Sequence record: DRR723986_14582
Length of the DNA: 64,000 nucleotides
Reading direction: 5' to 3' (one strand)
The position numbers and the translations under genes are program-made. This document shows positions 50,244 through 61,052 of this stretch, one piece after another. The stretch's first letter is position 1. Each line of letters begins with the position of its first letter. Below the pieces are notes generated by a model. That model was not told the DNA's origin and did not search any database. It was given only the letters and a program-made list of their open reading frames with translations.

Positions 50244-51779
50244 ATGTCCGAAGTTGCCGTTTCGACAGGCCGAACAGCAGATGGCTTAAAACGCCGATCG
50301 GTGGGAGATGCATTCTTCTCCGGCGTGATGATCATGCTCTGCATCAACCTTGCACAACGCATGGTTGGGCTAGTGCGAAGCTTCGGTTTTTGCCGTTTGC
50401 TAAGCGAGCAAGAGCTTGGAAACTGGGCACTGGCCAACAGCTTTCTGTCGCTGATCATTCCTATTGCCACGCTCGGTCTGACCGGCGGCTTCGCACGCTT
50501 CGTGGAACACTACCGTCGACGCGATCGCCTGGGCAGTTATTTACGGCCGGTTCTACTGGCCGTTTGTGTCGGGACGTTTGGCGTCATAGCGTGGATGGGA
50601 CTTGGAAGCCAAAGCTTCGGCTGGGTTGTCTTCGGGCACCACATTTCGACTTTGCACATCCTCGGCTGCATCGCCGCGTTCTCAGCTCTGATGCTATACA
50701 CATTCGTCTTTGAACTTGTCGCCGCCTTGCGAGAGGTTCGAGTCATGTCAGTGATGCAGTTCCTGCAGAGCTGTCTGTTCGCCGCGATTGGCCTGACGAC
50801 GGTCTATCTATATGGTTCTTGGTTGTGGCTCTTGCCAAGCTTTGCAATTGCGAACCTAATCGCCTGCAGCCTTGGCTGTTATGTACTTTTCACGCGGTAT
50901 CGTCACGAATTCTCGACCGCAGAACCGACAGACTCACGCGACGTATGGGCCAGAATCGTGCCGTTTGCGGTAAGTCTCTGGATCCTCAACCTACTGGGAA
51001 ACTTGATGGAGGTCGGTGATCGCTACATGCTTCTGCACCTAAGTGACACCGTGGACATGGGCCACGCCGCCGTTGGACAGTATCACTGTGCGATGGTGAT
51101 CCCGAACCTGATGATGAGTGTTGCGATGATGCTTGGCGGCGTCGTGCTCCCCTTCCTCGCTAAAGACTATGAATCGGGGAACCTTGAGCAGGTCAACAAG
51201 CGATTGCGTCAGGTTGTTTGTTCACTCAGCATCGGATTCATTGGCTTAGGCATCGCAGCACAGGTTGTCGCACCAACGCTCTTCGGTATCGTTTTTCAAG
51301 GCCGATACACCGAGGCGTTGGGCGTGATGCCAATTGCATTGACGCTGACAGTTTGGCTAAGTCTATTTCTGGTCCTAGAATCCTATTTTCTCTGTGTGGA
51401 AAAGACGTGGCCACTCATCTTGGTCAGCTTTGTCGGTGTTGTGCTGAACATTAGCCTCAACGCAATCATGATCAGCTACATGGGTTTGACCGGCGCGGTG
51501 ATTGCAACAGCAACAGCAATCCTTTGCACTCTGTTGGGAACACTGATGGCGTTGTCGGCAGCAGGCTGCAAGCTCGGACGCAGCCTAGTTGTGCTCTGCA
51601 TTGTGCCAGTTAGTGTCGCCTTTGGGCCACTGTGCGCGTCATTCACGATGGTTGCCCTTGTCGTGATCGCAGGGCGGACCAACTGGGTCCTATCACCCGA
51701 TGACCGCAGTGATATTGACGCGATGCTCTTGCCAAAATTTAGAAAACTGGGATTGAAGCTGTCGACACTCTGGCCCTAG
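50244..51779 (+). CDS. Wzx/MOP-family polysaccharide flippase
   Basis: About 14 TM segments; DRYML and AVGQY motifs. Confidence 0.82.
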   Translation: MSEVAVSTGRTADGLKRRSVGDAFFSGVMIMLCINLAQRMVGLVRSFGFCRLLSEQELGNWALANSFLSLIIPIATLGLTGGFARFVEHYRRRDRLGSYLRPVLLAVCVGTFGVIAWMGLGSQSFGWVVFGHHISTLHILGCIAAFSALMLYTFVFELVAALREVRVMSVMQFLQSCLFAAIGLTTVYLYGSWLWLLPSFAIANLIACSLGCYVLFTRYRHEFSTAEPTDSRDVWARIVPFAVSLWILNLLGNLMEVGDRYMLLHLSDTVDMGHAAVGQYHCAMVIPNLMMSVAMMLGGVVLPFLAKDYESGNLEQVNKRLRQVVCSLSIGFIGLGIAAQVVAPTLFGIVFQGRYTEALGVMPIALTLTVWLSLFLVLESYFLCVEKTWPLILVSFVGVVLNISLNAIMISYMGLTGAVIATATAILCTLLGTLMALSAAGCKLGRSLVVLCIVPVSVAFGPLCASFTMVALVVIAGRTNWVLSPDDRSDIDAMLLPKFRKLGLKLSTLWP

Positions 51780-51814
51780 TCAGCAGAATTTACGCGACTC
51801 GCCGCTGCTGTAGC

Positions 51815-52918
51815 TTACTGCACAAGCATTCGCACCCTGTGATTCTCTGAGTCCCCAATTAACAACTCGCCCGTTGGCAACAAACACACACCGTGCGGCC
51901 GCCGCAATGAACGCTTCTTTAGCTCGTCGCCGTCACCGTTGAAGCCTGCCTTGCCGGTCCCGACAACGGTGTCGATTTTGCCAGACCGCAAATCAATCCT
52001 GCGTATCGCGTGGTTTTCGGTGTCAGCTACATACAACGCGACGCCGACGTCCACTGCAATTCCCTTGGGACCACGGAACGTAGCTTCTGTTGCTGGACCA
52101 CCGTCTCCGGTGTACCCCTTCTTGCCAGTGCCCGCTACATGATGAATACGTTTTGACTTTCGATCGAAGCGCCAAACACTGTTCCCCTCGCGTAGCACAA
52201 TCCATAGATTTTGCTCATCGACAGCAAGTGACCGAGGGCCGGCCAACGACTGTGTGGCCGCGACTTCACCATCAACGGGAAGCTGCTTTCGTCCATCACC
52301 ACAGATTGTCGTCACGGTCTGTGAGGCAAGATTAACCAAGCGGATGCGGTGATTCTTCAGATCTGCCACGAACAAGTCGTTGCCATCCAGAGCAATACTG
52401 TACGCCTGGTTGAATTCAGCCCGAGTGGCTGGACCATCATCGCCTGAAAACCCTGGGGTTCCGATGCCTGCAACTGGTTCCCATCGATTCGTACTGCCAT
52501 CGATTTTGCCAACACGATGATTTGTCGTGTCAGCTACGTAGATATCGCCGTTGGGTGCAATTTGAATTTCGTGCGGCTGATTTAGCTCGACTTGGATGGG
52601 CAGATCTCCGGGCCGCCCCTTTTGCCCGGGCTTTCCAGTTCCGGCGATGACTTCGATCTGGCGGTACTCAGGATCCATTTCATAGATGACGTGCTGATCC
52701 CAAGACGCGATGATTAGGCTTCCATCTTTCATGGGTTGTATTCCGAACGGGTTGGACAGCGGCACAGCGTCCGCCCTTCCTTGCGGTTGCACCTGCCCCG
52801 TTTTGCCAGAGCCAGCGATCGTGACAATCTTCTTGAACCCACCATCATCGGCACAGCAGCATTGACTGAAATCAACGAAAAGAAGGATCAGCAAAGGGAA
52901 TCCAAACGTGGTTTTCAT
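51815..52918 (-). CDS. Secreted NHL-repeat beta-propeller protein
   Basis: Repeated IAGTG...GDGGPA...P.GIA...YVADT.NH.IR units; signal peptide. Confidence 0.9.
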   Translation of the reverse strand: MKTTFGFPLLILLFVDFSQCCCADDGGFKKIVTIAGSGKTGQVQPQGRADAVPLSNPFGIQPMKDGSLIIASWDQHVIYEMDPEYRQIEVIAGTGKPGQKGRPGDLPIQVELNQPHEIQIAPNGDIYVADTTNHRVGKIDGSTNRWEPVAGIGTPGFSGDDGPATRAEFNQAYSIALDGNDLFVADLKNHRIRLVNLASQTVTTICGDGRKQLPVDGEVAATQSLAGPRSLAVDEQNLWIVLREGNSVWRFDRKSKRIHHVAGTGKKGYTGDGGPATEATFRGPKGIAVDVGVALYVADTENHAIRRIDLRSGKIDTVVGTGKAGFNGDGDELKKRSLRRPHGVCLLPTGELLIGDSENHRVRMLVQ

Positions 52919-53161
52919 CGATCGCTCTCTCAGTCGGCGGTTCGTATTTTGGAAAAGGTAAGGTGATTGAAAGCCAGTCCTACTTGTTAAGCGAGGCCGC
53001 AGCGGTTGCCCAAGTACCCGATCTGCCCCCGTATTGTCGCAAGTTCGGTCAAATCGGCGACGTTAAGGGCCTGGGAAGCGTTGAATTCGGCAACCCACCA
53101 AGTTAACTTATGCTGCCAATTCGCATCTTAACCGTTTGACCAATCAGCGAGAAACCAATTA

Positions 53162-54730
53162 ATGAGTGACCACTCTTCAGCGTCGGGCGATGCAGTAGCC
53201 CCCAACGCACATCGATTGTTATGGGCTGGCTTTATGGCCATTCTAGCAGCAGGCGTCGGCTTCTCTGTTCGAGGTGGAATTCTAGGCCAATGGGCAGAGG
53301 AATTCGGCTTCACGATGACCGAGCTTGGCACCATTACCGGAGGTGGCCTAGTTGGGTTTGGCGTCGTGATCATCATCACTAGTCTTGTTGCCGACGCGAT
53401 TGGTTATGGAAAGCTCATGACTGGGGCTTTCGTATTGCACTTTATCTCTGCGGTCATCACGCTTGCCGCGCCGGCGGCATTCGCTGCGGGCGGCAAAGAC
53501 GCCGCGTTCCAGTGCTTGTACTGGGGCATGTTTATCTTTGCCGTTGGTAATGGCGTTTGCGAAGCTGTCGTGAACCCACTTACCGCGACGCTCTTCCCAA
53601 AGAACAAAACGCACTACCTGAATATTTTGCACGCTGGTTGGCCAGCCGGTCTCGTTATCGGCGGACTTGCTTCTGCATTCATGGCGGCAACCGTTGATGA
53701 AAGCGGTGAGGTAATTGCGGCCGCCGTCGACTGGAAGATCCAAATGTCGCTCTTCCTGATTCCTGTGATTCTCTATGGCGTCATGCTAATCGGGCAAAAG
53801 TTCCCGGAAAGCGAAGTCTCCTCCGCGGGTATCGACGTAGGGTCGATGATCGCATCATGCTTAACACCATTGTTCATCCTTCTCCTCGTCATTCATGCCC
53901 TAGTTGGTTACGTAGAACTTGGAACAGACTCTTGGATCTCGAAGATCACAGGAGCCATCATGGAAGATCCGCAGAAGGGTCTGATGCTGTTTGTTTACAC
54001 CTCAAGCTTGATGTTCGCACTTCGATTTGTAGCCGGGCCAATCGTTCACAAGATTTCACCATTGGGACTACTCCTAGTCAGTAGCATCCTTGGAGTAATT
54101 GGACTGACGATGCTAGGCGGAGCGACATCGATCGTCATGTGTATCATTGCCGCCACAATCTATGCATGTGGTAAGACATTCCTATGGCCAACAATGCTTG
54201 CTGTCGGATCAGAGCAATTTCCTAAAGGCGGTGCGGTCGCCATCGGTTTGATGGGAGGCGTCGGGATGCTTTCGGCTGGACTGCTTGGTGGACCTGCAAT
54301 TGGCTACAAGCAAGACTACTACGCGTCCAAGAATCTTGAAGAAAATGCGCCTGAGGCGTATCAGCGTTACTCGGTATCTGAGGCTTCAGGATTCATGTTC
54401 CTTCCTGAAATCAAGGGTCTAGACGGTGCCAAAGTCGGGGTCTTGGAAGATAAGGGCAAGACGCTCGCCAGCGACGGTGAGGCTTTAGAGGCACGCGGAG
54501 AAACCGACGAAAACCACGCTGCTTTGGCAAGCTGGTGGGCCGAAGCTGAGACTCAGGCCGAACAAGACGCAGAACCGGTTAAGACCGCAACTCTAGAGGG
54601 TGGCCGAATGGCCCTCAAGATCACTGCCGCGGTTCCAGCGATCATGGCCGTGCTCTACTTGCTCTTAATCGGCTATTTCAAGGCAAGAGGTGGCTACAAG
54701 GCCAGCCATGTAGAGACTTCTGAAGCCTAG
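53162..54730 (+). CDS. MFS transporter
   Basis: 12-TM pattern; EAVVNPL and LNILHAGWP motifs. Confidence 0.88.
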   Translation: MSDHSSASGDAVAPNAHRLLWAGFMAILAAGVGFSVRGGILGQWAEEFGFTMTELGTITGGGLVGFGVVIIITSLVADAIGYGKLMTGAFVLHFISAVITLAAPAAFAAGGKDAAFQCLYWGMFIFAVGNGVCEAVVNPLTATLFPKNKTHYLNILHAGWPAGLVIGGLASAFMAATVDESGEVIAAAVDWKIQMSLFLIPVILYGVMLIGQKFPESEVSSAGIDVGSMIASCLTPLFILLLVIHALVGYVELGTDSWISKITGAIMEDPQKGLMLFVYTSSLMFALRFVAGPIVHKISPLGLLLVSSILGVIGLTMLGGATSIVMCIIAATIYACGKTFLWPTMLAVGSEQFPKGGAVAIGLMGGVGMLSAGLLGGPAIGYKQDYYASKNLEENAPEAYQRYSVSEASGFMFLPEIKGLDGAKVGVLEDKGKTLASDGEALEARGETDENHAALASWWAEAETQAEQDAEPVKTATLEGGRMALKITAAVPAIMAVLYLLLIGYFKARGGYKASHVETSEA

Positions 54731-54755
54731 AACGCTCCAAAGACGTATAAAAACC

Positions 54756-54790
54756 AAACGGCGTTGACTTACCAGTCAACGCCGTTTTTT
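54756..54790. terminator. Likely bidirectional terminator between convergent genes
   Basis: AAACGGCGTTGACT-TACC-AGTCAACGCCGTTT with an A-rich left flank and T-run right flank. Confidence 0.88.
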
Positions 54791-54800
54791 CGTAGCTAGG

Positions 54801-56843
54801 TTACCAATTCATGTCCGCGTCGTAGCCCCAGCTTTCGTCGAAAAAGCCGGTAGCAGTTACGCGACCGGGGGCAGAGCCGCTTGGGGCTTGGTCAAGGCCG
54901 ATGATGGCCCAGTCGCCCAGCTTGGGGTTCTGCAACGAATTGGTTCGATCGTGATCTTGGCGGAATGTTGGGCCAGAATTGATTACGACGTACTTGCCCG
55001 AAGCAAGCGGATTGGGATAGATACCGATCAACGCGTGAGAGCCAGCGTCGGCCTTGGTTGGTCCGACTGCGATTTCTTGCTCACCCCACTGCATTGGCCA
55101 GCCACTGGACGCACCGGCCACGAAAACCTTTCCGAGTAGTGAATTGGAACGAGGCGTTCCCCACAGGACGAGGTGGCTGTCTTGCATGTCCTGACGTGTC
55201 ACCTCGCTGTCCATCTTGACGCGAACCGTGCCACGGAAGAGCTCTTTCCAACGTCGAGCAAGATTCTCGGACTCACATTTTGCCCAACGGTCCACCGCCG
55301 AATCGCCCATCTGGCTCGGCAGTACCACCAAGAAACGCTCAAAGAAAGCATCGTCGATTGGTCCACTCAAGCCGGGGCGCTTCCGTAGCTCTTCGAACGC
55401 ATCCACCTGCTCCCATCTGCCCCGTCCGCCCGCCAGGTTCTGAAACTTAAGCAGTCCGGGTGTTTGGGCGCTAACATCATAAGTCTGTGACCCAAGCGTT
55501 ATTCTGGCAACACCGTTGCCTCCTTCTTCCCTACGCAGATCGAGCTCCAGCCGGCTGACGTTTTGCGTTTCGATGTTCCACGAGGCTTCTCCAATGCGCT
55601 TCGCACGAACAACTGCGTCGGTGTACTGTTCTTGCATTCCGTCAATCGTAATCCACTGGCGACTTCCATAGCGAAGATGCCGAGTCTGCAGCAGCAACTC
55701 ATCGCTCTGCGTTCGCCCTTTTGCGATGTAATCGGCAATCTTTCCATTGAGTTCTGCTAGCGTATCGGGATGGTATTTGTGCCCCATACCCGGTCCAATC
55801 AAGTGCGGTAGCGTCCGACCATGCTTCGCGAACGCAGCTTCCATCACTCGAGCGGCTTGAATCTGTTTGTCATTCTCTCCGCTGTAGGCAATGACAGGAA
55901 TATTGAACAAGTTCAGAGTGTAACCGGGGACATCGTAAATCCCCCACAAAAGCTGCTCATACTCGGGCGGGTATTTCTCGGGAGTCAGTCTGTTGTACTG
56001 GGCCGTTTCGGCGAAGCCGGCTCCAGGGCTGGCGGCGATAAAGCGATCTGTGTAGTGTGCGGCCAAGTGCCAGACTCCGGCTCCTCCCATTGAAAAGCCC
56101 ATTAGAACGATACGATCGGTGTCGACGGGATATTTCTGGCAAACAAAATCAATCGCTTCCATCACATCAGTTTCACCGGCCGATTTGTAGCCAACACACT
56201 GTCGGCCAAATGGGTGCAAAATGATGGCATCGTCTGTTGAGGCCGACGAGCCCGAATCGAGGCGCTGATTCAGGAAATGCAAGTCGGTGACTTTGTCACC
56301 GCGACCGTGCAGCCACACAATCAGCGGCAGTTTCTTGCCATCCTTGTTCCACCCTGACGGCAACTCAAGGCCGATAGGCTGAGGAGAATCGTCAATCTTC
56401 GACTTGAAACCTCGGATGACACGCCCGGATTCTTTCTCCCAAGGAGTCAAGCGATTGGCGATCTTCTCGGCGCGTTGCTCGGCAATTGTAAGCAGGCGAT
56501 CAACTTTGCCAGCGTCTTTCTTCGAATAGAACTCTTGGTGCAGAATCGCAAAACGAATTGCTTTTACAATCACGGAGATATCGCTGACCAGTGGATGCTT
56601 TGCGTGTTCCGTGCAAACCTTATCCAGGTTCCCAAGGCGGGGCTGCCACTGAGCAAGCTCTTGCTCCGAAGCAGGTCGGCCTGCTGGCGGAATCCGCCTC
56701 GCAATGACCTCACACTCGGTAGCACCCTGAGCTCGGCAATGATCTGGGGCGGTTAGTAGTAACGAGACGAGCAGAAGCCACAAAGGTTTGTAGATTCTTC
56801 TGAGCAAGTATCGATGCTGTAGATTCGCGCTGGGGCAACTCAT
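54801..56843 (-). CDS. Secreted alpha/beta hydrolase (S9/prolyl oligopeptidase-like)
   Basis: WLHGRGD, GFSMGG nucleophile elbow, END and MGH triad candidates. Confidence 0.85.
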   Translation of the reverse strand: MSCPSANLQHRYLLRRIYKPLWLLLVSLLLTAPDHCRAQGATECEVIARRIPPAGRPASEQELAQWQPRLGNLDKVCTEHAKHPLVSDISVIVKAIRFAILHQEFYSKKDAGKVDRLLTIAEQRAEKIANRLTPWEKESGRVIRGFKSKIDDSPQPIGLELPSGWNKDGKKLPLIVWLHGRGDKVTDLHFLNQRLDSGSSASTDDAIILHPFGRQCVGYKSAGETDVMEAIDFVCQKYPVDTDRIVLMGFSMGGAGVWHLAAHYTDRFIAASPGAGFAETAQYNRLTPEKYPPEYEQLLWGIYDVPGYTLNLFNIPVIAYSGENDKQIQAARVMEAAFAKHGRTLPHLIGPGMGHKYHPDTLAELNGKIADYIAKGRTQSDELLLQTRHLRYGSRQWITIDGMQEQYTDAVVRAKRIGEASWNIETQNVSRLELDLRREEGGNGVARITLGSQTYDVSAQTPGLLKFQNLAGGRGRWEQVDAFEELRKRPGLSGPIDDAFFERFLVVLPSQMGDSAVDRWAKCESENLARRWKELFRGTVRVKMDSEVTRQDMQDSHLVLWGTPRSNSLLGKVFVAGASSGWPMQWGEQEIAVGPTKADAGSHALIGIYPNPLASGKYVVINSGPTFRQDHDRTNSLQNPKLGDWAIIGLDQAPSGSAPGRVTATGFFDESWGYDADMNW

Positions 56844-57071
56844 TTTGCGTCCGCCTGTTTGGTGAAAGTGGTTTACGTTCTTGCGGGAAACTGCATACTA
56901 GGCTGCTCGAAGTCAGCGGCTAGCCTGACGTTTGTCGGCTCTGGAGCTTCTGCTTCGAACGGTATCGATTCAGATCTAGCATCATAGCTGCGTCGACTTT
57001 TGCCTGCCAGCAGCATCCTACCTGGGTAGCTGGTTCACACCCCTGCCCTACTTCCATCGCTTTGACCTGCC

Positions 57072-58109
57072 ATGCCCATCATCGATTACCGCCCCAGGCG
57101 ATTCCTTTCCAGTGGGCATATCCAAACCATCTTGGTTGGCTTTTCTTGCGGGTGGAGACCGCCCTACGACGCGACAAAGAGGCTGATCAAAGTCGCGGGC
57201 GACGAACACATCGTTGTACACGAGGAGAACGGTGCAAAGATCCCGGCGGACGCGCCTCTTACTATTCTCTTACACGGACTTGGCGGCGATCACTCCAGCC
57301 CGTACCTACAGCGTCTTGCACACCGGCTGCGTGCGGCTGGACAACATGTGTGGCGAATCGACATGCGAGGTTGTGGGGCTGGTTTTGAACACGCCTGGCG
57401 TCCTCCCAATGCAGCTCGCAGCGATGATTTAGCCGCAGTGGTTGCAGCAGCTTGTAAACAGTTCCCGGGCAGCCCCATCAACTTGGCATGTTTTTCATTG
57501 GGAGGCAATATTCTCCTGAAGATGCTGGGCGAATTGGGAGGCGGCAGCTACTCAGCCGTTAACGCTCATCAGCTATCGCGCCTGATTGCAATCGCCCCTC
57601 CGATCGATCTTGCCCGCTGCTCTGACAAGATGAACACACTCACGGGAAAGATCTACACACATTACTATCTAAAGAACCTGACTCGACAGGTCGAAGTGCG
57701 CAGGCAGCGTTGGACGCAGTGGAACGACATCCCACTCAATCCGCCACCCAAGACGATCCGGCAGTTCGATGCAAGGTACACAGTCCCGCTCAGCGGGTTC
57801 GCTAGCACAGATGACTACTATTCACGAGGCTCCTCGCTTGGCTTGATTCGCGAAATAAAGCAGCCCGTCCTCTGCTTAGTGGACTTGAACGATCCCGTTG
57901 TGGCGAAAGAGAGCTTCTTCGAACCGGCAGCAAGCAATCCAGCCGTCCACTACCACTTCACTCGCAAGGGCGGTCACATGGGATATTGGGCTCGAGACGA
58001 AGTTGGGAACCCCATTCGTTGGATGGAGCACTTCGTCCAGCACCATCTCACTCGCGATCCAAGCTGTACCGGCGGTATGCAGTGGCTGCGATCCGTTGAG
58101 GCTCAGTAA
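57072..58109 (+). CDS. YheT-family alpha/beta hydrolase
   Basis: GHIQT, HGLGG, RGCG, FSLGGN, NDPVV, GGHMGY. Confidence 0.88.
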   Translation: MPIIDYRPRRFLSSGHIQTILVGFSCGWRPPYDATKRLIKVAGDEHIVVHEENGAKIPADAPLTILLHGLGGDHSSPYLQRLAHRLRAAGQHVWRIDMRGCGAGFEHAWRPPNAARSDDLAAVVAAACKQFPGSPINLACFSLGGNILLKMLGELGGGSYSAVNAHQLSRLIAIAPPIDLARCSDKMNTLTGKIYTHYYLKNLTRQVEVRRQRWTQWNDIPLNPPPKTIRQFDARYTVPLSGFASTDDYYSRGSSLGLIREIKQPVLCLVDLNDPVVAKESFFEPAASNPAVHYHFTRKGGHMGYWARDEVGNPIRWMEHFVQHHLTRDPSCTGGMQWLRSVEAQ

Positions 58110-58415
58110 GCAGGATTCGCCCGAGCTGCGTGGTTGCGAGCAGTCTGGCGACCTCCAGTTTATTGCTAGCAATTGCCCATCGAGTAGTGCTAGCGTAACG
58201 ATTGCTCTTGGTGGTAATTACGTATCAGGACTAGGATGATGCGCGATCTTGTCATCAACCTCGGCCCAGCCTGCGTCCCCACAGTCTGCGGCGTCGAATA
58301 CAAGTGGTTGTGACGGGCAGTGGCCACAAGATAAGTGGCTACAACAAACAGGACACCTGCGGCGACTCCCAGACTATGTCGCCACATTCGATTTCGGTTC
58401 AGGAGGAACCCAAAC

Positions 58416-60203
58416 ATGTCTCGCTCCCACCAAGCTTTGCGGGCGATCGCAATGCTCGCAGCAATTGCCATCACCGTCCCACCTTCCTTTGCGCAGACTG
58501 AGGGGAAAAAACGCCCCTCACTAGAAGACTTGCCGAACGTTGTGGCCGTCGTGAACGGTAGCACTATATCCCGCGACAAACTTGCCAAAGACTGCATCCG
58601 CCGGTTTGGCAGCGTTGTTTTGGACAACCTCCTGAACAAGCAGCTTATTCTTCAAGCTTGTGCGGCCAAAGGCATCGTGATCACACAACAGAACGTGAAC
58701 GATGAAATTGAGCAAACGGCAACCAAGTTCGGCATCTCGACCAAGATGTTCTTGGAAAACCTCGAGTCCGAACGCGACATTACACCCGAGCAATACGCTA
58801 GCGAGATTGTCTGGCCGATGCTGGCACTTCGCTCTCTGGCCGCCCACCAAATTAACGTCTCTGACGAAGAGATCGAGAAGGTTCTGCAGAGCGAGTATGG
58901 CGAGAAGATCAAAGTTCGCATGATCGCCAGTAAGACAGCAGAGCAAGCGAACGCCCTACACGCGCAGGTCGTCGCCGCCCCAGAAACCTTCGAGCGTGTC
59001 GCCACCGAAAAGAGTGCCGAAGCTGTCAGCGCGAGCGTTGGCGGCATGTTGCCTCCGATTCGTCGCTATGGCGGAGACGACATGCTTGAAAAGATCGCTT
59101 TCCAACTACAAGCAGATCAGATCTCCCCGGTTTTTCAAGTTGGAGAGTTGCACATTTTCTTGCAGTGTATCGCTCGCATGCCGGCTTCAATGCCGCAACC
59201 CCAGATTCTGCCTGCTGTTCGACAGCGAATCAGCGACGCACTACGAGATAAGCGACTTGGCGAAGCGGCAAATGACATTTTTGCTAACCTGCAAAAGGCG
59301 TCTAAGGTGACGACCGTTTACGGCAACCCAGAACTTGAGAAGCAGTATCCGGGCGTTGCCGGTTTCATTAACAACGACGGGATCTCGATCGACCAACTGG
59401 CTTATGAGTGCATTCAGCGCCACGGGCGACAGATCCTACGCGGTGAGATCGATCGCCTGCTGCTCAAACAACACCTAGATGCTTCAAAGAAGGTTCTCAT
59501 CGAAGCCGACATGGAGGCTCGAATCGCTCGCGATGCCGATGAAGCGGGCTACCTGCTTCCCGACGGTTCTCCCGACATTTCCGCTTGGCTAAAGAGCGTC
59601 ATCGAAGAAGATGGTGTCTCCATCGAACTGTACCGCGAGGACTCGGTTTGGCCGCGCGTGGTACAAGCGAAGCTCGTGGAGGATGAAGTGGAGGTAACCC
59701 AAGAGGACCTGCAAAAGGGCTTTGAGTCGAATTTCGGGCCAAGAGCTGAGATCCTTGCGATCGTGCTCAGCAATCAGCGAACTGCAGAAAGTGTGTTCGC
59801 CGAAGCTCGCAAAGGCCTTACAGAGAAACACTTCGGTGAACTAGCAGCTCGATACTCGGTTGAGCCGGTTTCGAGGAGCAATTTTGGTAAGATTCCTGCG
59901 ATGCGACGTCACAGCGGCAGGCCAACGCTTGAGCAAGCAGCCTTTGCCTTGCAGGCCGGCGAGATGTCCGGAATTATCGCTTGGGGTGACCAGTATGCAA
60001 TTCTGTACAAGCAGGGCGAGACGACGCCCATCGTCAAAGATTTTGCAGTCGTTGAACCGGAGCTGCGACGTGAGATCTACGAAAAGAAACTCCGCATTGC
60101 AATGGGCAAGCGGGCTGACGAAATTCGCCGATCTGCGAAAATCGAAAACTATCTGACCGGCAGCATTCAAACGGCCCAATCCACGGATAAGGCCCTGCGA
60201 TAG
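58416..60203 (+). CDS. Exported SurA/PrsA-like peptidyl-prolyl isomerase with two parvulin domains
   Basis: Signal peptide, VAVVNG, two F..(V/L)A...S parvulin motifs; SD AGGAGG at 58401-58406. Confidence 0.85.
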   Translation: MSRSHQALRAIAMLAAIAITVPPSFAQTEGKKRPSLEDLPNVVAVVNGSTISRDKLAKDCIRRFGSVVLDNLLNKQLILQACAAKGIVITQQNVNDEIEQTATKFGISTKMFLENLESERDITPEQYASEIVWPMLALRSLAAHQINVSDEEIEKVLQSEYGEKIKVRMIASKTAEQANALHAQVVAAPETFERVATEKSAEAVSASVGGMLPPIRRYGGDDMLEKIAFQLQADQISPVFQVGELHIFLQCIARMPASMPQPQILPAVRQRISDALRDKRLGEAANDIFANLQKASKVTTVYGNPELEKQYPGVAGFINNDGISIDQLAYECIQRHGRQILRGEIDRLLLKQHLDASKKVLIEADMEARIARDADEAGYLLPDGSPDISAWLKSVIEEDGVSIELYREDSVWPRVVQAKLVEDEVEVTQEDLQKGFESNFGPRAEILAIVLSNQRTAESVFAEARKGLTEKHFGELAARYSVEPVSRSNFGKIPAMRRHSGRPTLEQAAFALQAGEMSGIIAWGDQYAILYKQGETTPIVKDFAVVEPELRREIYEKKLRIAMGKRADEIRRSAKIENYLTGSIQTAQSTDKALR

Positions 60204-60226
60204 TCGAGTTTGCCCTACAATCAAAT

Positions 60227-60259
60227 AGCCCGCACGAGTGACCTCGCGCGGGCTTTTTT
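60227..60259 (+). terminator. Intrinsic terminator after the PPIase gene
   Basis: AGCCCGCACGAG-TGAC-CTCGCGCGGGCT followed by TTTTT (one mismatch). Confidence 0.75.
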
Positions 60260-60282
60260 CATTTATGCCAGAGGAATCACCG

Positions 60283-60804
60283 ATGAAAGCTGATGAGCTC
60301 CGATCGCTTCAAGCTCCGCTGAAAGAAAAGTACCGCCAAGATCCTGAGTCTGCCAAGATCGAAATGCATGCGGACGGCGAGATTGACGTATCGTCGGTCG
60401 CCTGTAGCGTGCAACCTGCCGACGGTCGCACTGCATCGGGAGCACGCGCGGGCCTCCATCCGGCCGCTGGAGGCGATGGTTCATTTATCTGTTCCGGGGA
60501 CATGCTCCTCGAGGCCCTTGTGGCGTGCAGCGGTGTGACATTTGCAGCCGTGGCCACGGCCATGGAAATCCCGATTGAATCGGCAGCGATTCGCGCCACC
60601 GGTACGGCAGATTTTCGCGGCACGTTGGGAATTGCCAAGGATGTCCCGGTTGGTTTCGAGTCCGTACAAGTGATGTTCACGGTAGCCAGCACGGCCGACG
60701 ACGCGACCATCGACAAACTTGTCTCCCTCTCTCACCGCTACTGCGTTGTCGGCAAAAGCCTTTCCGACACGATCGCCCTACGGTTCGGTTGGAAGAAGGG
60801 CTAG
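60283..60804 (+). CDS. OsmC/Ohr-family protein
   Basis: AGLHPAAGGDG, LEALVACSGVT and RYCVV cysteine motifs. Confidence 0.9.
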   Translation: MKADELRSLQAPLKEKYRQDPESAKIEMHADGEIDVSSVACSVQPADGRTASGARAGLHPAAGGDGSFICSGDMLLEALVACSGVTFAAVATAMEIPIESAAIRATGTADFRGTLGIAKDVPVGFESVQVMFTVASTADDATIDKLVSLSHRYCVVGKSLSDTIALRFGWKKG

Positions 60805-61052
60805 TCGCACAGCTAAGCCATTTTGCTACCGCTTGGGGCTCAAGTGGCCTGAGTCACGACCTTTGAAGTGCAATCAATCGAGCCAGAGCCCTTGAAATGG
60901 TAAAAATTTCTTACAAATGAACTCTCGGGCCCTGTTTGGGGTCATGCCTGCTAGTCAGCACTGGCGATCGGTAGAAAATGGAGTCGGTATCATCCAGGAT
61001 GGTCAGCCGAGTGCATGCCAGCCCTTTTTGTCGTTCAAGAGCAGTAAATCTC

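Noticed and set aside
58166-58193. CIRCE-like inverted repeat upstream of the PPIase
   Set aside because: Spacer is 10 rather than 9 nt and there are five mismatches to TTAGCACTC-N9-GAGTGCTAA.
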